A program made the translations under genes and the position numbers. DNA of 64,000 bases, taken from Candidatus Parcubacteria bacterium (GTDB taxonomy: Bacteria; Patescibacteriota; Minisyncoccia; UBA6257; 2-01-FULL-56-20). Location of the stretch: positions 2,945 through 66,944 of the forward strand of contig DAHVRZ010000001.1 of assembly GCA_027324805.1 (NCBI GenBank). Reading direction: 5' to 3'. The notes under the pieces are model-generated. The model was not told the origin of the DNA. It worked only from the letters and a program-made list of their open reading frames with translations, and searched no databases. Positions 18,799 through 28,246 of the stretch are shown here, in pieces; the first letter of the stretch is position 1, and every line of letters begins with the position of its first letter.

Positions 18799-19806
18799 TT
18801 ACAGGTCTTCCGGATCGAGGATCACCCTGAGCTGGTTCAGATATGGATCAAGGATATCCCCCGAGATCACCGCGGCGATCCTGCTGCCGTCACTGTTCGC
18901 GGGAATCTTTTTCAAAAGATCGTCCGGCATCTCTTCGATGAACCGGTCGGCCCCTACTATGACCGCACCGGTACTCAGTCCGACCTTGAGGCCGTACCGA
19001 AGCGCCTGGACGGTCTTTTGATACGGCCGGTAACGGGACACTTTGACATGGTGCGTTCCCGCTTTCCAGTCGAACAATATCTGATCCGGTCCAAGCCTCT
19101 TCTCCGAACGAACCGCGGGGATCGGCTCATCGTCCTCGGTCATCACTCCGACCACGAGAGTCTCGGGGGAATGCTCTTTGCAATACTCCCGTGCGCCAAG
19201 CAAGGTTCCCGTCGTTCCCATAGAGGCAACGATTAGTCCTATTTTCATACCCACCGCTTCCGCCTGTTCGAAGATCTGGCCGATGGTGATGTCGCGGTGC
19301 GCCTGCCAGTTCACATCGTCTCCATATTGGTCGAATACGATATGATATTCCTTCTTCCCCATCTCACGGGCAAGTTGGACGCCGGTCTTTTGTCCGGCGA
19401 TCTTCCTGGTCAACACCAATTCTCCGCCGTCATCTCCGATGACCCTCCTGATCAAGACCTGCTTCTCAATAGGGGTATCTTCGGGCATGAACACGATGAT
19501 CTTCACGCCATAGGCCCGTGCAGTGGCGGCGCCCGCCAGTCCTCCACCGCCCGACGAGTTCATCACCACCGTAGTGTCCTTGGTAAAGACTCCCTCTTTT
19601 GCCCGCTCGGCGAACCATCGATAGGTGGGGACTATCTTAAAGGTGTGAAGCGCCGATTCGGGGCCCATCATCTTCAAGAGCATCCGAACCTTCTTCGTTG
19701 GGTTGCCCGCCAGTGCATAAGGAAGCTCAACACAGGACGTGGGTTCGTGCTGTGCCATGTCCAGATAGTTCTTTGTTGCATCCGGACCGATAAAGATGTT
19801 CTTCAT
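18799..19806 (-). CDS. PLP-dependent enzyme, fold type II (cysteine synthase / Trp-synthase-beta superfamily)
   Basis: 335 aa. Gly-rich phosphate-binding loop NSSGGGGLAGAATARAYG. Putative lysine-containing NPTKK segment near the N-terminus. Substrate unknown. Confidence 0.7.
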   Translation of the reverse strand: MKNIFIGPDATKNYLDMAQHEPTSCVELPYALAGNPTKKVRMLLKMMGPESALHTFKIVPTYRWFAERAKEGVFTKDTTVVMNSSGGGGLAGAATARAYGVKIIVFMPEDTPIEKQVLIRRVIGDDGGELVLTRKIAGQKTGVQLAREMGKKEYHIVFDQYGDDVNWQAHRDITIGQIFEQAEAVGMKIGLIVASMGTTGTLLGAREYCKEHSPETLVVGVMTEDDEPIPAVRSEKRLGPDQILFDWKAGTHHVKVSRYRPYQKTVQALRYGLKVGLSTGAVIVGADRFIEEMPDDLLKKIPANSDGSRIAAVISGDILDPYLNQLRVILDPEDL

Positions 19807-19888
19807 AATTATTACCTCTCTTTGAGTAGCCGGTTCGTACTAACCCCATTCTGCCCTCCGCGCCGTGGAATTGTCAATAATTTCCTGA

Positions 19889-20962
19889 TTATTGCTTCTT
19901 CCTCACGATGCAGAACGGCGTCATCTCATCGGACTGGCCGAGTGGATTATCGCGGAAAAGCTTGCCGATGAACTCTTCGGAAATGGCGCGCGACGACTTG
20001 CCGAGCGAAAAAGCGCCGCGGTAGTTCGCGTCCAAAATCACCGCCTCACATCCGAGCGTTTTTTTAATCCGCTTCGCGCTGCCGTTCGAATCGTTCGGCG
20101 CGAGCTTCACGGAATGCGCGTATTCGAGGATGAGGAACGACATGGGGCAGTCCACCGACTTTGCGCGCTTGCCGCAGATGCGGTAGAACATGCCCTTGAT
20201 GCCGAATGGCCGCGTGACGGCCGACACTGCCGCAGCGAAGATGGCGCGCGGATATCCTGCTTCGCTTATAAAGGCTTCCATGGCAATCGATGTGCCGTGT
20301 CCGAAACCGCGAAACTGTTCCGTGCCATAGTAATTCCCTACGCGCCCTCCGAGGAAGCGTGCGAGCATTGAAGGCTTCACCATACTCATATCCACCACCC
20401 GGCCCTGCGTTATCGTGAGCGCTTTTTCGCTCACATAGAGGACGTCGCCCGGTTTCACATACGGCTTCACATATTCCTCGATGATCGGCAGGATATCCGT
20501 ATCCTTTGTTGTGATGACGCGCGTCTTCACCGGAAGGCGCTCATATACCACCCCGTCCACATCGATATCGATCTGCTTTCCCGGGTTCGGAGCGAAATCG
20601 CCGGAAGGCTTACGCTCCTTGAGCGCGACAGCGTCGTCTTCGAACGAAACTTTTTCTCCGCGGAACAATGCGAAAAGCTTTTCGGCCACACTCCAGATCA
20701 TTTCATGGCTTTGCCCGATCTTCGCGCGCGCCTTGAGTAGCTCCGTCGCCTCCATCCAGAGAATATGCGCCTCGTCGATCCTCGCGTGTGCGAACGATGC
20801 CTCTGCAACGATGGTCCCGGCCGCATCGTTCTTCCCGTTATCCGCAACCGCCCTCACTGCCGCACCGCCATCTTCGCGCGGCATATATACGATCGTAAGC
20901 CCCGTCCGCTCCTTCATATCCAAGTACGCCTGCGATTGCTCCGCTATTTTTGTGTGCGCCAT
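19889..20962 (-). CDS. CofE-like protein (F420-0:gamma-glutamyl ligase family fold) with about 135-aa N-terminal domain of unknown function
   Basis: Residues about 140-357 align to CofE: GDVLYVSEKALTITQGRVVDMSMVKPS versus CofE GDVIVIAETVVSKSEGRVVDL, and GSAKRIKKTLGCEAVILDANYRG versus CofE ESAKKIREEIKKLTGKDVAVIITDTQGR. No F420 genes nearby. Confidence 0.65.
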   Translation of the reverse strand: MAHTKIAEQSQAYLDMKERTGLTIVYMPREDGGAAVRAVADNGKNDAAGTIVAEASFAHARIDEAHILWMEATELLKARAKIGQSHEMIWSVAEKLFALFRGEKVSFEDDAVALKERKPSGDFAPNPGKQIDIDVDGVVYERLPVKTRVITTKDTDILPIIEEYVKPYVKPGDVLYVSEKALTITQGRVVDMSMVKPSMLARFLGGRVGNYYGTEQFRGFGHGTSIAMEAFISEAGYPRAIFAAAVSAVTRPFGIKGMFYRICGKRAKSVDCPMSFLILEYAHSVKLAPNDSNGSAKRIKKTLGCEAVILDANYRGAFSLGKSSRAISEEFIGKLFRDNPLGQSDEMTPFCIVRKKQ

Positions 20963-21097
20963 AATAGAGGCATCATATCACGCTCCCGCGGGTCACGCAT
21001 CTTTTTCCCGCCGTAAAACATTGCTTTATTCTTTAAAATGTTTTATAATTTCTCCAGTTGCTGCCCTTAAACACAGCGGCAAACAATGGAGGAGAAA

Positions 21098-21904
21098 ATG
21101 GGATTCTTTTATATGCCAGGAGAGATGTGCATGGCCGAATTCGTTCAGCCTCGCGTCACCGGTGCAGACCTCAACTACCAGGGATCGATCACCATCGATC
21201 GGGAAGCGCTCGATGTTTCGGGCCTGCTCCCCGGCCAGATGGTCTATATCGACAACGTAGTGCGCAGGGGTCCATCATGGCGCACTTACATCGTCCCCGG
21301 CGAACCCGGGAAAGGCGAAATCATCATGAACGGGCCGCCGGCCTATCACTTCAAAAAAGGCGATCCTGTCACGATCCGCGGAAGCGCCTTCATTCCCTTC
21401 GGGGATATGCCGAGCATGGCCCATGGCCATACGAAGGTATATTTCTCCCAGGGCGAAAGGGTGCCGAATCGCGTAAAGCGCCTGGAGCATATTCCAATCC
21501 CCGCCACACACTGGCGGCAGATGTGCATCAGCAAACTCCACCGTCTTGTGATCACGGGGACTTCCCCTGAAGGACCCGAAGAGCTTGTGGTGGACGGCGA
21601 CATCCTTGATGCCGCGGGATTTCCCCCGGGGATCGAGGTGCAGTTCACCAGCTTGCGCGACGGCGTCCTTCGCCGGACGTGCGTGCAGGCAGGCCCTCGC
21701 GGAACAGGTGCCGCCGAAATCCATGGATCCGGCGCGCAGTACATCGCAGCCGGAGTGAGAGTGGTCACACTTGCGGAAGTTTTGCTTCCTTACGAGGATG
21801 CCGCAAAAGTCCACGGACCCCAGGTCGCATTCTTCGACGAATCCCGGACCGACCGCAACATCATCCGAGAAGTGAAGATTGGATGGCGGCCAGCCTCCTC
21901 TTAA
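21098..21904 (+). CDS. Tandem (duplicated) aspartate-1-decarboxylase-like protein: two PanD-like double-psi beta-barrel domains fused
   Basis: Domain 1 (QPRVTGADLNYQGSITID...WRTYIV) keeps the Gly-Ser pro-enzyme cleavage site and the Arg/Thr-Tyr residues. Domain 2 (KLHRLVITGTSPEGPEE...LDAAG...NGAAA...PQVAFFDE) keeps KLHR but has Glu in place of the pyruvoyl Ser. Start ambiguous (ATGs at 21086, 21098, 21113, 21131; SD-supported at 21098 and 21131). Confidence 0.7.
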   Translation: MGFFYMPGEMCMAEFVQPRVTGADLNYQGSITIDREALDVSGLLPGQMVYIDNVVRRGPSWRTYIVPGEPGKGEIIMNGPPAYHFKKGDPVTIRGSAFIPFGDMPSMAHGHTKVYFSQGERVPNRVKRLEHIPIPATHWRQMCISKLHRLVITGTSPEGPEELVVDGDILDAAGFPPGIEVQFTSLRDGVLRRTCVQAGPRGTGAAEIHGSGAQYIAAGVRVVTLAEVLLPYEDAAKVHGPQVAFFDESRTDRNIIREVKIGWRPASS

Positions 21905-21931
21905 TACCGATTTATTCGGGTATGCAATCGG

Positions 21932-21962
21932 GCCCGCCATCATATTCCGGCGGGCTTTTTCT
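21932..21962 (+). terminator. Rho-independent terminator after the PanD-like gene
   Basis: GCCCGCC...GGCGGGC stem followed by TTTTTCTTTTC. Confidence 0.6.
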
Positions 21963-21986
21963 TTTCACTATTCTCACCGTACAAAA

Positions 21987-22025
21987 ATGCGGCCCACCGT
22001 CATTCCGGTGTGCCGCATTTCTTTT
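21987..22025. terminator. Bidirectional terminator between convergent PanD-like and AI-2E genes
   Basis: AAAAATGCGGCCCACCG-TCATTC-CGGTGTGCCGCATTTCTTTT. Compound stem with an A-tract upstream and a T-tract downstream. Confidence 0.7.
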
Positions 22026-22094
22026 ATCTAAAATATGCCGCGAATCCGCCATTGGACGGCGAGGGGTATTTCCCGCGGCAACCCGATTGCAGTA

Positions 22095-23144
22095 TCACTT
22101 TCGCGTCGCCGTCAATCCTCTCCTCTTCCGCTTGATATTACGCCCTGCAAGTACGGGATACACGTCGAGAAGTGCAATGAGGAGGCCGAGCGCGAGCGGA
22201 CCGAGAAGGATACCGAGGGGACCGAAGAACGATATCCCGCCGACCACGCTGAAAAGGACGAGAAGCGGATGGATATTCGCCTTACGACCGATGAGCCGCG
22301 GCCGGAGATAGTTTTCTATGAACAATCCGACAGCGCCGATCCATATAAACAGTCCGACCGCATCCGCATAGTGATGCCCGACCGCAAGCGCTATCATTCC
22401 GGGGACGACAACGAGGTACGTACCGAAAAGTGGAATGAAGGATGCAAACGCAGTGATGACGCCCCAGAAAATACCGCTCGGCAGGCCGAACATGAAAAAT
22501 CCGACGCCTCCCGCGATGCCGTAGAGCGCCGCGATGAAGAGGGATCCGCGGATGATGGAGCTCATAACAACGCGAAGACGCCCGATCAGATTCGCGGTAT
22601 CATTGCGCGAGAGCGGACTGCGCGCGATGATCGCTTCACGCAAACGCTCGCCGTCCCTCAAAAAATAAAAGAGCGCGAAGAATGAAAGGAGTACCGAGAA
22701 AAGCACGCCTGCAATGCTTGAAAAAAGCGACCCAACGCTTCCCACCACCCATCCGAAAAACTGCTGGAGATATGCATTGAGATCGGCCGCAAGCGCCGGG
22801 TTCGTCACGGACAGGCGCGCATCGAGATACTGCAGCACCGGAGACCCTTTCCCGGATGTGAGCGCGCCGTAAAGCGAGGACGCCTCGCCCACGAGTTGCC
22901 AGCCAATAAGCGCGAGCGGTGTAAGCACGATGAGGATCGTGAGGAGCACCACGAGGAGCGCCGCACCGTTCGCATCCTGCGGGATCTTTTTTACGAGCCA
23001 GTTATAGAGCGGCTGGAAAAGCACCGCGAAAGTGATGCCGAGCACGATAGCGTTCAATTCCGGAAGGAAAATGAGCGCGACAAGCACCGCGGCAAGGGCG
23101 ATCGCCGCCAGAAAAATATAACTTTCAATATTCTCCCGTTCCAT
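22095..23144 (-). CDS. AI-2E family transporter (PerM/UPF0118)
   Basis: 349 aa, 7-8 TM helices. Family-typical layout and charged C-terminal tail. Confidence 0.8.
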   Translation of the reverse strand: MERENIESYIFLAAIALAAVLVALIFLPELNAIVLGITFAVLFQPLYNWLVKKIPQDANGAALLVVLLTILIVLTPLALIGWQLVGEASSLYGALTSGKGSPVLQYLDARLSVTNPALAADLNAYLQQFFGWVVGSVGSLFSSIAGVLFSVLLSFFALFYFLRDGERLREAIIARSPLSRNDTANLIGRLRVVMSSIIRGSLFIAALYGIAGGVGFFMFGLPSGIFWGVITAFASFIPLFGTYLVVVPGMIALAVGHHYADAVGLFIWIGAVGLFIENYLRPRLIGRKANIHPLLVLFSVVGGISFFGPLGILLGPLALGLLIALLDVYPVLAGRNIKRKRRGLTATRK

Positions 23145-23149
23145 TAAAA

Positions 23150-23461
23150 TCAGCCGTGAAGCTTGCCTCCTTGCGACGCCGAACCATCGTCGCCAGCTCC
23201 ATCCTTCTTATGTATGTCGAACGGCGAACCACCGGCCCTCGCGCGCTTGCTGAAAAAGAACAGATAAAAGATCTCGAGGATGCCGAGCGTGTTTACGACA
23301 AGCAGGATAACGAACCACCATCTGCTTTCCTCGTGCGCGGCGCGCCAAAGCGCGAGACCTTTCCATACGAAGCTCCATACCACGATGGCAAGAAATGTAA
23401 GATTACCCGCCGTTCCCGCGAGTCCCGTCTGTCCCGACCAGAGATCGAGTAGTTGCTTCAT
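23150..23461 (-). CDS. Small two-TM membrane protein (DUF5652-like)
   Basis: 103 aa. WKGLALWRAA...WWFVILLVVNTLGILEIFYLFFF motif. Immediately downstream of the AI-2E gene. Confidence 0.55.
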   Translation of the reverse strand: MKQLLDLWSGQTGLAGTAGNLTFLAIVVWSFVWKGLALWRAAHEESRWWFVILLVVNTLGILEIFYLFFFSKRARAGGSPFDIHKKDGAGDDGSASQGGKLHG

Positions 23462-23550
23462 AGTTCCATTGTATCACATTCGATTTTGCATTCCGGGCAT
23501 ATTCCGTCCGCAGGCCGACATGCCTTTTTGTCTGGTATACTGAATCCGAT

Positions 23551-24831
23551 ATGAGATTCAGCCGCAAGACAAAAAAATTGCTCGGCATTGCCGGACCAGG
23601 GGTAATCACGGGGGCCGCGGACGATGACCCGTCGGGGATCGCCACCTACTCGCAGACCGGCGCGCAATTCGGCTACGGCCAGCTTTGGACGGCGGCGTTT
23701 CTACTCCCCTTCATGACAGCGGTGCAGGAAGCGGTTGCACGTATTGGTGCAGTGACGGGCAAGGGCGTCGCCGCGATCGTCAAACAGCATTATCGAAAGG
23801 AGGTACTTTGGGGTGTTATCGCGCTCGTTCTCGTTGCGAACACGATCAATATCGGCGCCGACCTCGGCGCGATGGCGGCGGCGGCACGGCTTGTCGTTCC
23901 CGGTATCCCCTTCGCCATATTCACACTTTTCTTTACCGTAGTCATTCTTCTTCTTGAGATATTCGTCTCCTACAAACGATACGCTCGCATTCTTAAATGG
24001 CTCGCCCTCGCCCTTCTCGCCTATGTTGCGACCGCGCTCATCGTCGCGGAACCCTGGGGTACGCTCCTTCGGGCAACGTTCGTACCGCATATTGATTTCA
24101 GTTTCGCGTTCCTCTTTATCATCACCGGCGTTTTCGGTACGACGATCTCTCCATATATGTTCTTCTGGGAAGCGTCCGAAGAGGTCGAGGAGGAGGAGGA
24201 GCGAAAAATGACCCGCAAGGATGCCCCGCCGCGTCTCACAAAAGGCTTCCTCCGCAAGCTCCGCCTCGACAACTTCGTGGGCATGCTTTCCTCCGAAGTC
24301 ACCACGTGGTGCATCATTGTCGTCGGCGCGACGGTGCTCAATGCCCACGGCGTCACCAATATCGCAACCTCGGCCGATGCTGCGCGCGCACTCGAACCTC
24401 TCGTTCGGACCTTTCCCAACGCAGGCTTCATCGCAAAACTGCTTTTCTCCATCGGCATCCTCGGACTCGGCTTCCTCGCCGTTCCCGTATTGTCCGCCTC
24501 CGCATCCTATGCGGTCGCCGAGGCGATGAACTGGCGCGAAGGGCTCAACCGGAAGTTCAAACGAGCGCACGGCTTTTACGGAGTGATCACCATTGCCACG
24601 CTCATCGGACTTATGATCAACTTCGTCGGCATCGACCCCGTGAAAGCGCTTGTCTTCACCGCCGTAGCAAACGGCGTTGCCGCCGTACCGCTTATTTTCG
24701 TCATCGGAAAGATCGCCGGCGACGGCCGGATTATGGGCGAACACAAGAGCGGATGGCTTTCGAATATCTTTGTGTGGGCAACCTTCATTATTATGGGCGC
24801 TGCAGCGATCGCCATGTTCGCCACGCTCTAA
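23551..24831 (+). CDS. mntH: NRAMP-family divalent metal (Mn2+/Fe2+) transporter
   Basis: 426 aa. GPGVITGAADDDPSGIATYSQTGAQFGY is the NRAMP consensus. Extended -10 TGGTATACT lies about 9 nt upstream (near-leaderless). Confidence 0.9.
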   Translation: MRFSRKTKKLLGIAGPGVITGAADDDPSGIATYSQTGAQFGYGQLWTAAFLLPFMTAVQEAVARIGAVTGKGVAAIVKQHYRKEVLWGVIALVLVANTINIGADLGAMAAAARLVVPGIPFAIFTLFFTVVILLLEIFVSYKRYARILKWLALALLAYVATALIVAEPWGTLLRATFVPHIDFSFAFLFIITGVFGTTISPYMFFWEASEEVEEEEERKMTRKDAPPRLTKGFLRKLRLDNFVGMLSSEVTTWCIIVVGATVLNAHGVTNIATSADAARALEPLVRTFPNAGFIAKLLFSIGILGLGFLAVPVLSASASYAVAEAMNWREGLNRKFKRAHGFYGVITIATLIGLMINFVGIDPVKALVFTAVANGVAAVPLIFVIGKIAGDGRIMGEHKSGWLSNIFVWATFIIMGAAAIAMFATL

Positions 24832-24854
24832 GCAAACCTTCCTTGCGGCACATA

Positions 24855-24883
24855 TTGACGCCGAAAAAAGAACGTCCTACTAT
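24855..24883 (+). promoter_or_regulatory. Sigma-70-type promoter for the small ORF at 24929
   Basis: TTGACG - 17 nt - TACTAT, followed about 40 nt later by SD GGGAGGA and a GTG start. Confidence 0.6.
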
Positions 24884-24928
24884 GGAGTGCAGATTCACCG
24901 CAGTCCATCATCACGGGAGGATTCACAA

Positions 24929-25267
24929 GTGAACGTACAGCCCAGTAAACGCGGCAAGCAATTGCTTCCAACGTCCCTGTTCTCAACGCAGCATCTCGGC
25001 TTCCTCATGATGCTTCATGGGGAAATCAAAAAAGCGGCCTCGCCACAGGAAAAAGAGGTCGCCCAAAACCGCTATGTTTCACATCTCACGAACTCGCTTC
25101 GTGCCGCAACGACGCTGGAGGCTGTCAGGCAGCTGAATGGGCTTCCCTGTCCCAACGAGAAGCTGAAGCGCCAGCTCAAGAACAAGCTTTGCCAGCTGGA
25201 GCACGGCTTCGTGATGCCGCCACAATCGCAAGCCGCCCGCTCCCTCGCCGCGCAGTTCGCCTCCTGA
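24929..25267 (+). CDS. Hypothetical small protein (112 aa), GTG start
   Basis: SD GGGAGGA 7 nt upstream of the GTG. Own promoter and a strong terminator downstream. The upstream part of the track ORF (from 24677) overlaps mntH out of frame and is rejected. Confidence 0.55.
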   Translation: MNVQPSKRGKQLLPTSLFSTQHLGFLMMLHGEIKKAASPQEKEVAQNRYVSHLTNSLRAATTLEAVRQLNGLPCPNEKLKRQLKNKLCQLEHGFVMPPQSQAARSLAAQFAS

Positions 25268-25289
25268 CCTCCAATCATCCTATCCAAAA

Positions 25290-25312
25290 GGACCGAGTCC
25301 CCCACTCGGTCC
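25290..25312. terminator. Bidirectional rho-independent terminator (small ORF / pyk)
   Basis: AAAAGGACCGAGT-CCCCC-ACTCGGTCCTTTGCTCT. 9-bp stem, A-tract upstream and T-tract downstream. Confidence 0.85.
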
Positions 25313-25381
25313 TTTGCTCTATCTAGAGTATTGCGGGCCTTCCCAGCCTGTTATCAAGACCTTCCGTTTCCGCTAATGGCA

Positions 25382-26416
25382 CTACCAATCACCGAGAGGA
25401 TTCGGGCGTTCGAATTCCGACGATTCTGCCTGGGCAACGATGCGCTCCATCATTGTGAGCGCTTCGAGCGGGAACTTGCCGCTCGCCGTCTCATCGGAAA
25501 GCATGACGGCATCCGTACCGTCCCATACCGCATTCGCCACGTCGCTCACTTCGGCGCGCGACGGGCGCGGGCTGTTCACCATAGACATGAGCATCTGCGT
25601 CGCCGTGATGCTCCCTTTGCCATGCCAGCTTGCATGGCGGATGAGGTTCTTCTGGATGAACGGCAGACGCTCCGGAGCGATCTCAATGCCGAGGTCGCCG
25701 CGTGCGATCATGATCGCATCGGAAGCGAGAATGATCTCGTCGATATTCTTGAGTGCGAGCGCCGTTTCGATCTTTGCGACGATCTTCGCTTTCGGCCCGA
25801 CAAGCCTACGCAATTCGTGCACGTCCGCCGCCGTCTGCACGAACGAAATCGCGAACAGCTTCACGCCCTGCTTGAGCGCGAACTTCACATCCTTTATATC
25901 CTTGGCGGTAAGGCCGGAGTTAGAAAGTTTGGTGTCGGGAAGGTTCACCCCTTTGCGCGAATAGAGCCTGCCGCCGCGGACGACGCGCGCGGTAATGCGC
26001 CGGCCGGTAATGCGCGCAACAACAAGCTCCATATCCCCGTTCGCCAAATAAATGCGTTCACCCGGCTTCATATCCTTATGAAGCCGCGGACTGTCTATGA
26101 AAATAACGCGGCCCTCTTTGTCGGTATCGCTCTTCTGGGTCGAGAAGGCCACCGTGTCGCCCTCCGTAAGCATCCGTCCCTCCGCCGGCAATTCGCCGAC
26201 ACGGATGCGCGGGCCCTGGAGATCCTGCATGATCGCCACTTTGCGGCCCGTCTTACGCGCCGCAGTATTGATCCTTTTTTTATATTTGGCAAAGTTCTCT
26301 TCCGTGCAATGGGAAAAATTGACGCGCGCGATATCCATTCCAGCCTTCAGGAATTTTTCGATCGTCTCCTGTGAGTCCGAAACCGGCCCTATCGTGGCTA
26401 TTATTTTGGTGCGCAT
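25382..26416 (-). CDS. pyk: Pyruvate kinase, short form lacking the C-terminal allosteric domain
   Basis: Start at MRTKIIATIGP (ATG 26416) with extended -10 TGATATAAT 7 nt upstream (leaderless). NFSH and MIARGDLG motifs present. About 344 aa versus about 470 aa for canonical PK. Confidence 0.88.
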   Translation of the reverse strand: MRTKIIATIGPVSDSQETIEKFLKAGMDIARVNFSHCTEENFAKYKKRINTAARKTGRKVAIMQDLQGPRIRVGELPAEGRMLTEGDTVAFSTQKSDTDKEGRVIFIDSPRLHKDMKPGERIYLANGDMELVVARITGRRITARVVRGGRLYSRKGVNLPDTKLSNSGLTAKDIKDVKFALKQGVKLFAISFVQTAADVHELRRLVGPKAKIVAKIETALALKNIDEIILASDAIMIARGDLGIEIAPERLPFIQKNLIRHASWHGKGSITATQMLMSMVNSPRPSRAEVSDVANAVWDGTDAVMLSDETASGKFPLEALTMMERIVAQAESSEFERPNPLGDW

Positions 26417-26929
26417 GGGTCCTATTATATCACCGATCGGCTCTCGTGTCGCGGTCGTCATCGCCTCCAAAATCCGAATTTGATATTATGAATACAGGAG
26501 GGGACCATGAAATTCCTGACCATGATACCCGAGCCGGACCGGTCGGCGGTGCGCCTGTGCGGCAATGAGTACGATATAACCCTGAAACAGATAGGAAACT
26601 CCCTGCAGATGAAGCGGGTGGAGATGCAGATCATCACCGGCGAGCATTGCATCAATCGCGTGAATCCCCGGCGGATCCCGTCATCCCTTGTTTCGCTCGG
26701 CACGGCGTGGGGAAACGAATTGTTCGAGTGTGTACAGGAGGCACTCATGCACAATCCCCGCATATTCGATCGGGCGGCCGCTTATGCCGTCGAATCATCC
26801 GCCTCCCCTTCCGAATCTCCCCTCGCGGTCACTCTTTTCGAGTACCGGGGCAGATGAACGCCATCCATGAACCGCGGCTTCCCCAGCGCGGTTCTTTTTT
26901 TGGAAGAGCTCATCGTTTATACTATGCGC

Positions 26930-28246
26930 ATGAACATAAAAACCATTCGCGCGCGGCAGATCCTTGATTCGCGCGGCAACCCAACCGTGGAGGCGGACGT
27001 TATTTTGGAAAACGGCGCAACGGGACGCGCGGCGGTCCCTTCCGGCGCTTCGACGGGCAGCCACGAGGCGATCGAACTTCGCGACGGCAATCCAAAACTC
27101 TACGGAGGGAAGGGCGTATTGAACGCGGTGGCGAACGCACAAAGCGAGATTGCGGCCGCGGTCACCGGCATGGATGCCGAGGATCAGAAAGCGCTCGACG
27201 AAAAGATGATCGCGCTCGACGGCACTCCGAACAAATCGCGGCTTGGCGCGAATGCGATCCTCGCGGTCTCGCTTGCATCCGCCAAAGCGGCGGCGGCGGC
27301 GAAGGGCGTCCCTTTTTTTGAGCACGTGAACGGACTCGGACGTGCGGCTGGCATCGCCGATGACGGCGGCGGCGCGACGCTTCCCGTGCCGATGATGAAC
27401 ATCATAAACGGCGGCAGGCACGCGGCCGGTTCGACCGATATCCAGGAATTCATGATCATTCCCGCCGGAGCGACGACATTCTCCGATGCGCTCCGCATGG
27501 GCACCGATATTTTCCATGCATTGAAGAAAGTGCTCGCGGGCAAGGGCTATGGCACGACGGTCGGCGACGAAGGCGGCTACGCGCCATCCGTAAAAGGAGG
27601 CAACGCCGAAGCGCTCGACCTTATCGGCGCAGCCGTATCCGCCGCAGGCTACACGCTCGGCACGGACGTCATGCTCGCGCTCGATGTTGCGGCATCGGAA
27701 CTCCGCGATCCTTCCTTTAATAACGGCGCCGGCGGCTATCGCCTTGCCACCGAAGACCGCTCGCTCTCGACCGACGAGATGATCGCCTGGCTCAAAGCGC
27801 TCGCAGAGAAATATCCGATCGCCTCCATCGAGGACGGCCTCGGCGAGGACGACTGGGCCGGATGGACCTCGATGACCGCCGCCATCCCACGACAGCTCGT
27901 CGGCGACGATCTCCTTGTTACGAATACCGAATTCCTTTCGCGCGCCATCGGCGAAAAGGCGGGCAACGCGATCCTCATCAAGCCGAACCAGATCGGCACG
28001 CTCACCGAAACGATCGCCGCGATAAAAATGGCGAAAGATGCGGGCTGGCGCACCATCATTTCTCACCGCTCCGGCGAAACGGAGGATGTGACGATCGCCC
28101 ACCTTGCCGTCGGGCTCGGCACGGGACAGATCAAGACCGGCTCGCTCTCGCGCACCGACCGCGTGGCGAAATACAACGAACTGCTCCGCATCGAAGAGAC
28201 TCTCGGCGCAAAAGCAACCTATCCCGGCAAGAAGATTTATGGATAA
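26930..28246 (+). CDS. eno: Enolase (phosphopyruvate hydratase)
   Basis: [25 protein letters not shown]-terminus. TATACT hexamer 6 nt upstream of this ATG (the ORF also has ATGs at 26924 and 26867). Stop overlaps the gpmI copy 2 start (ATGGATAA). Confidence 0.92.
   Translation: MNIKTIRARQILDSRGNPTVEADVILENGATGRAAVPSGASTGSHEAIELRDGNPKLYGGKGVLNAVANAQSEIAAAVTGMDAEDQKALDEKMIALDGTPNKSRLGANAILAVSLASAKAAAAAKGVPFFEHVNGLGRAAGIADDGGGATLPVPMMNIINGGRHAAGSTDIQEFMIIPAGATTFSDALRMGTDIFHALKKVLAGKGYGTTVGDEGGYAPSVKGGNAEALDLIGAAVSAAGYTLGTDVMLALDVAASELRDPSFNNGAGGYRLATEDRSLSTDEMIAWLKALAEKYPIASIEDGLGEDDWAGWTSMTAAIPRQLVGDDLLVTNTEFLSRAIGEKAGNAILIKPNQIGTLTETIAAIKMAKDAGWRTIISHRSGETEDVTIAHLAVGLGTGQIKTGSLSRTDRVAKYNELLRIEETLGAKATYPGKKIYG

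Noticed and set aside
24677-24928. Upstream portion of plus-strand ORF 24677..25267
   Set aside because: Overlaps the C-terminus of mntH out of frame. A promoter plus SD-supported GTG at 24929 explains the downstream coding region.
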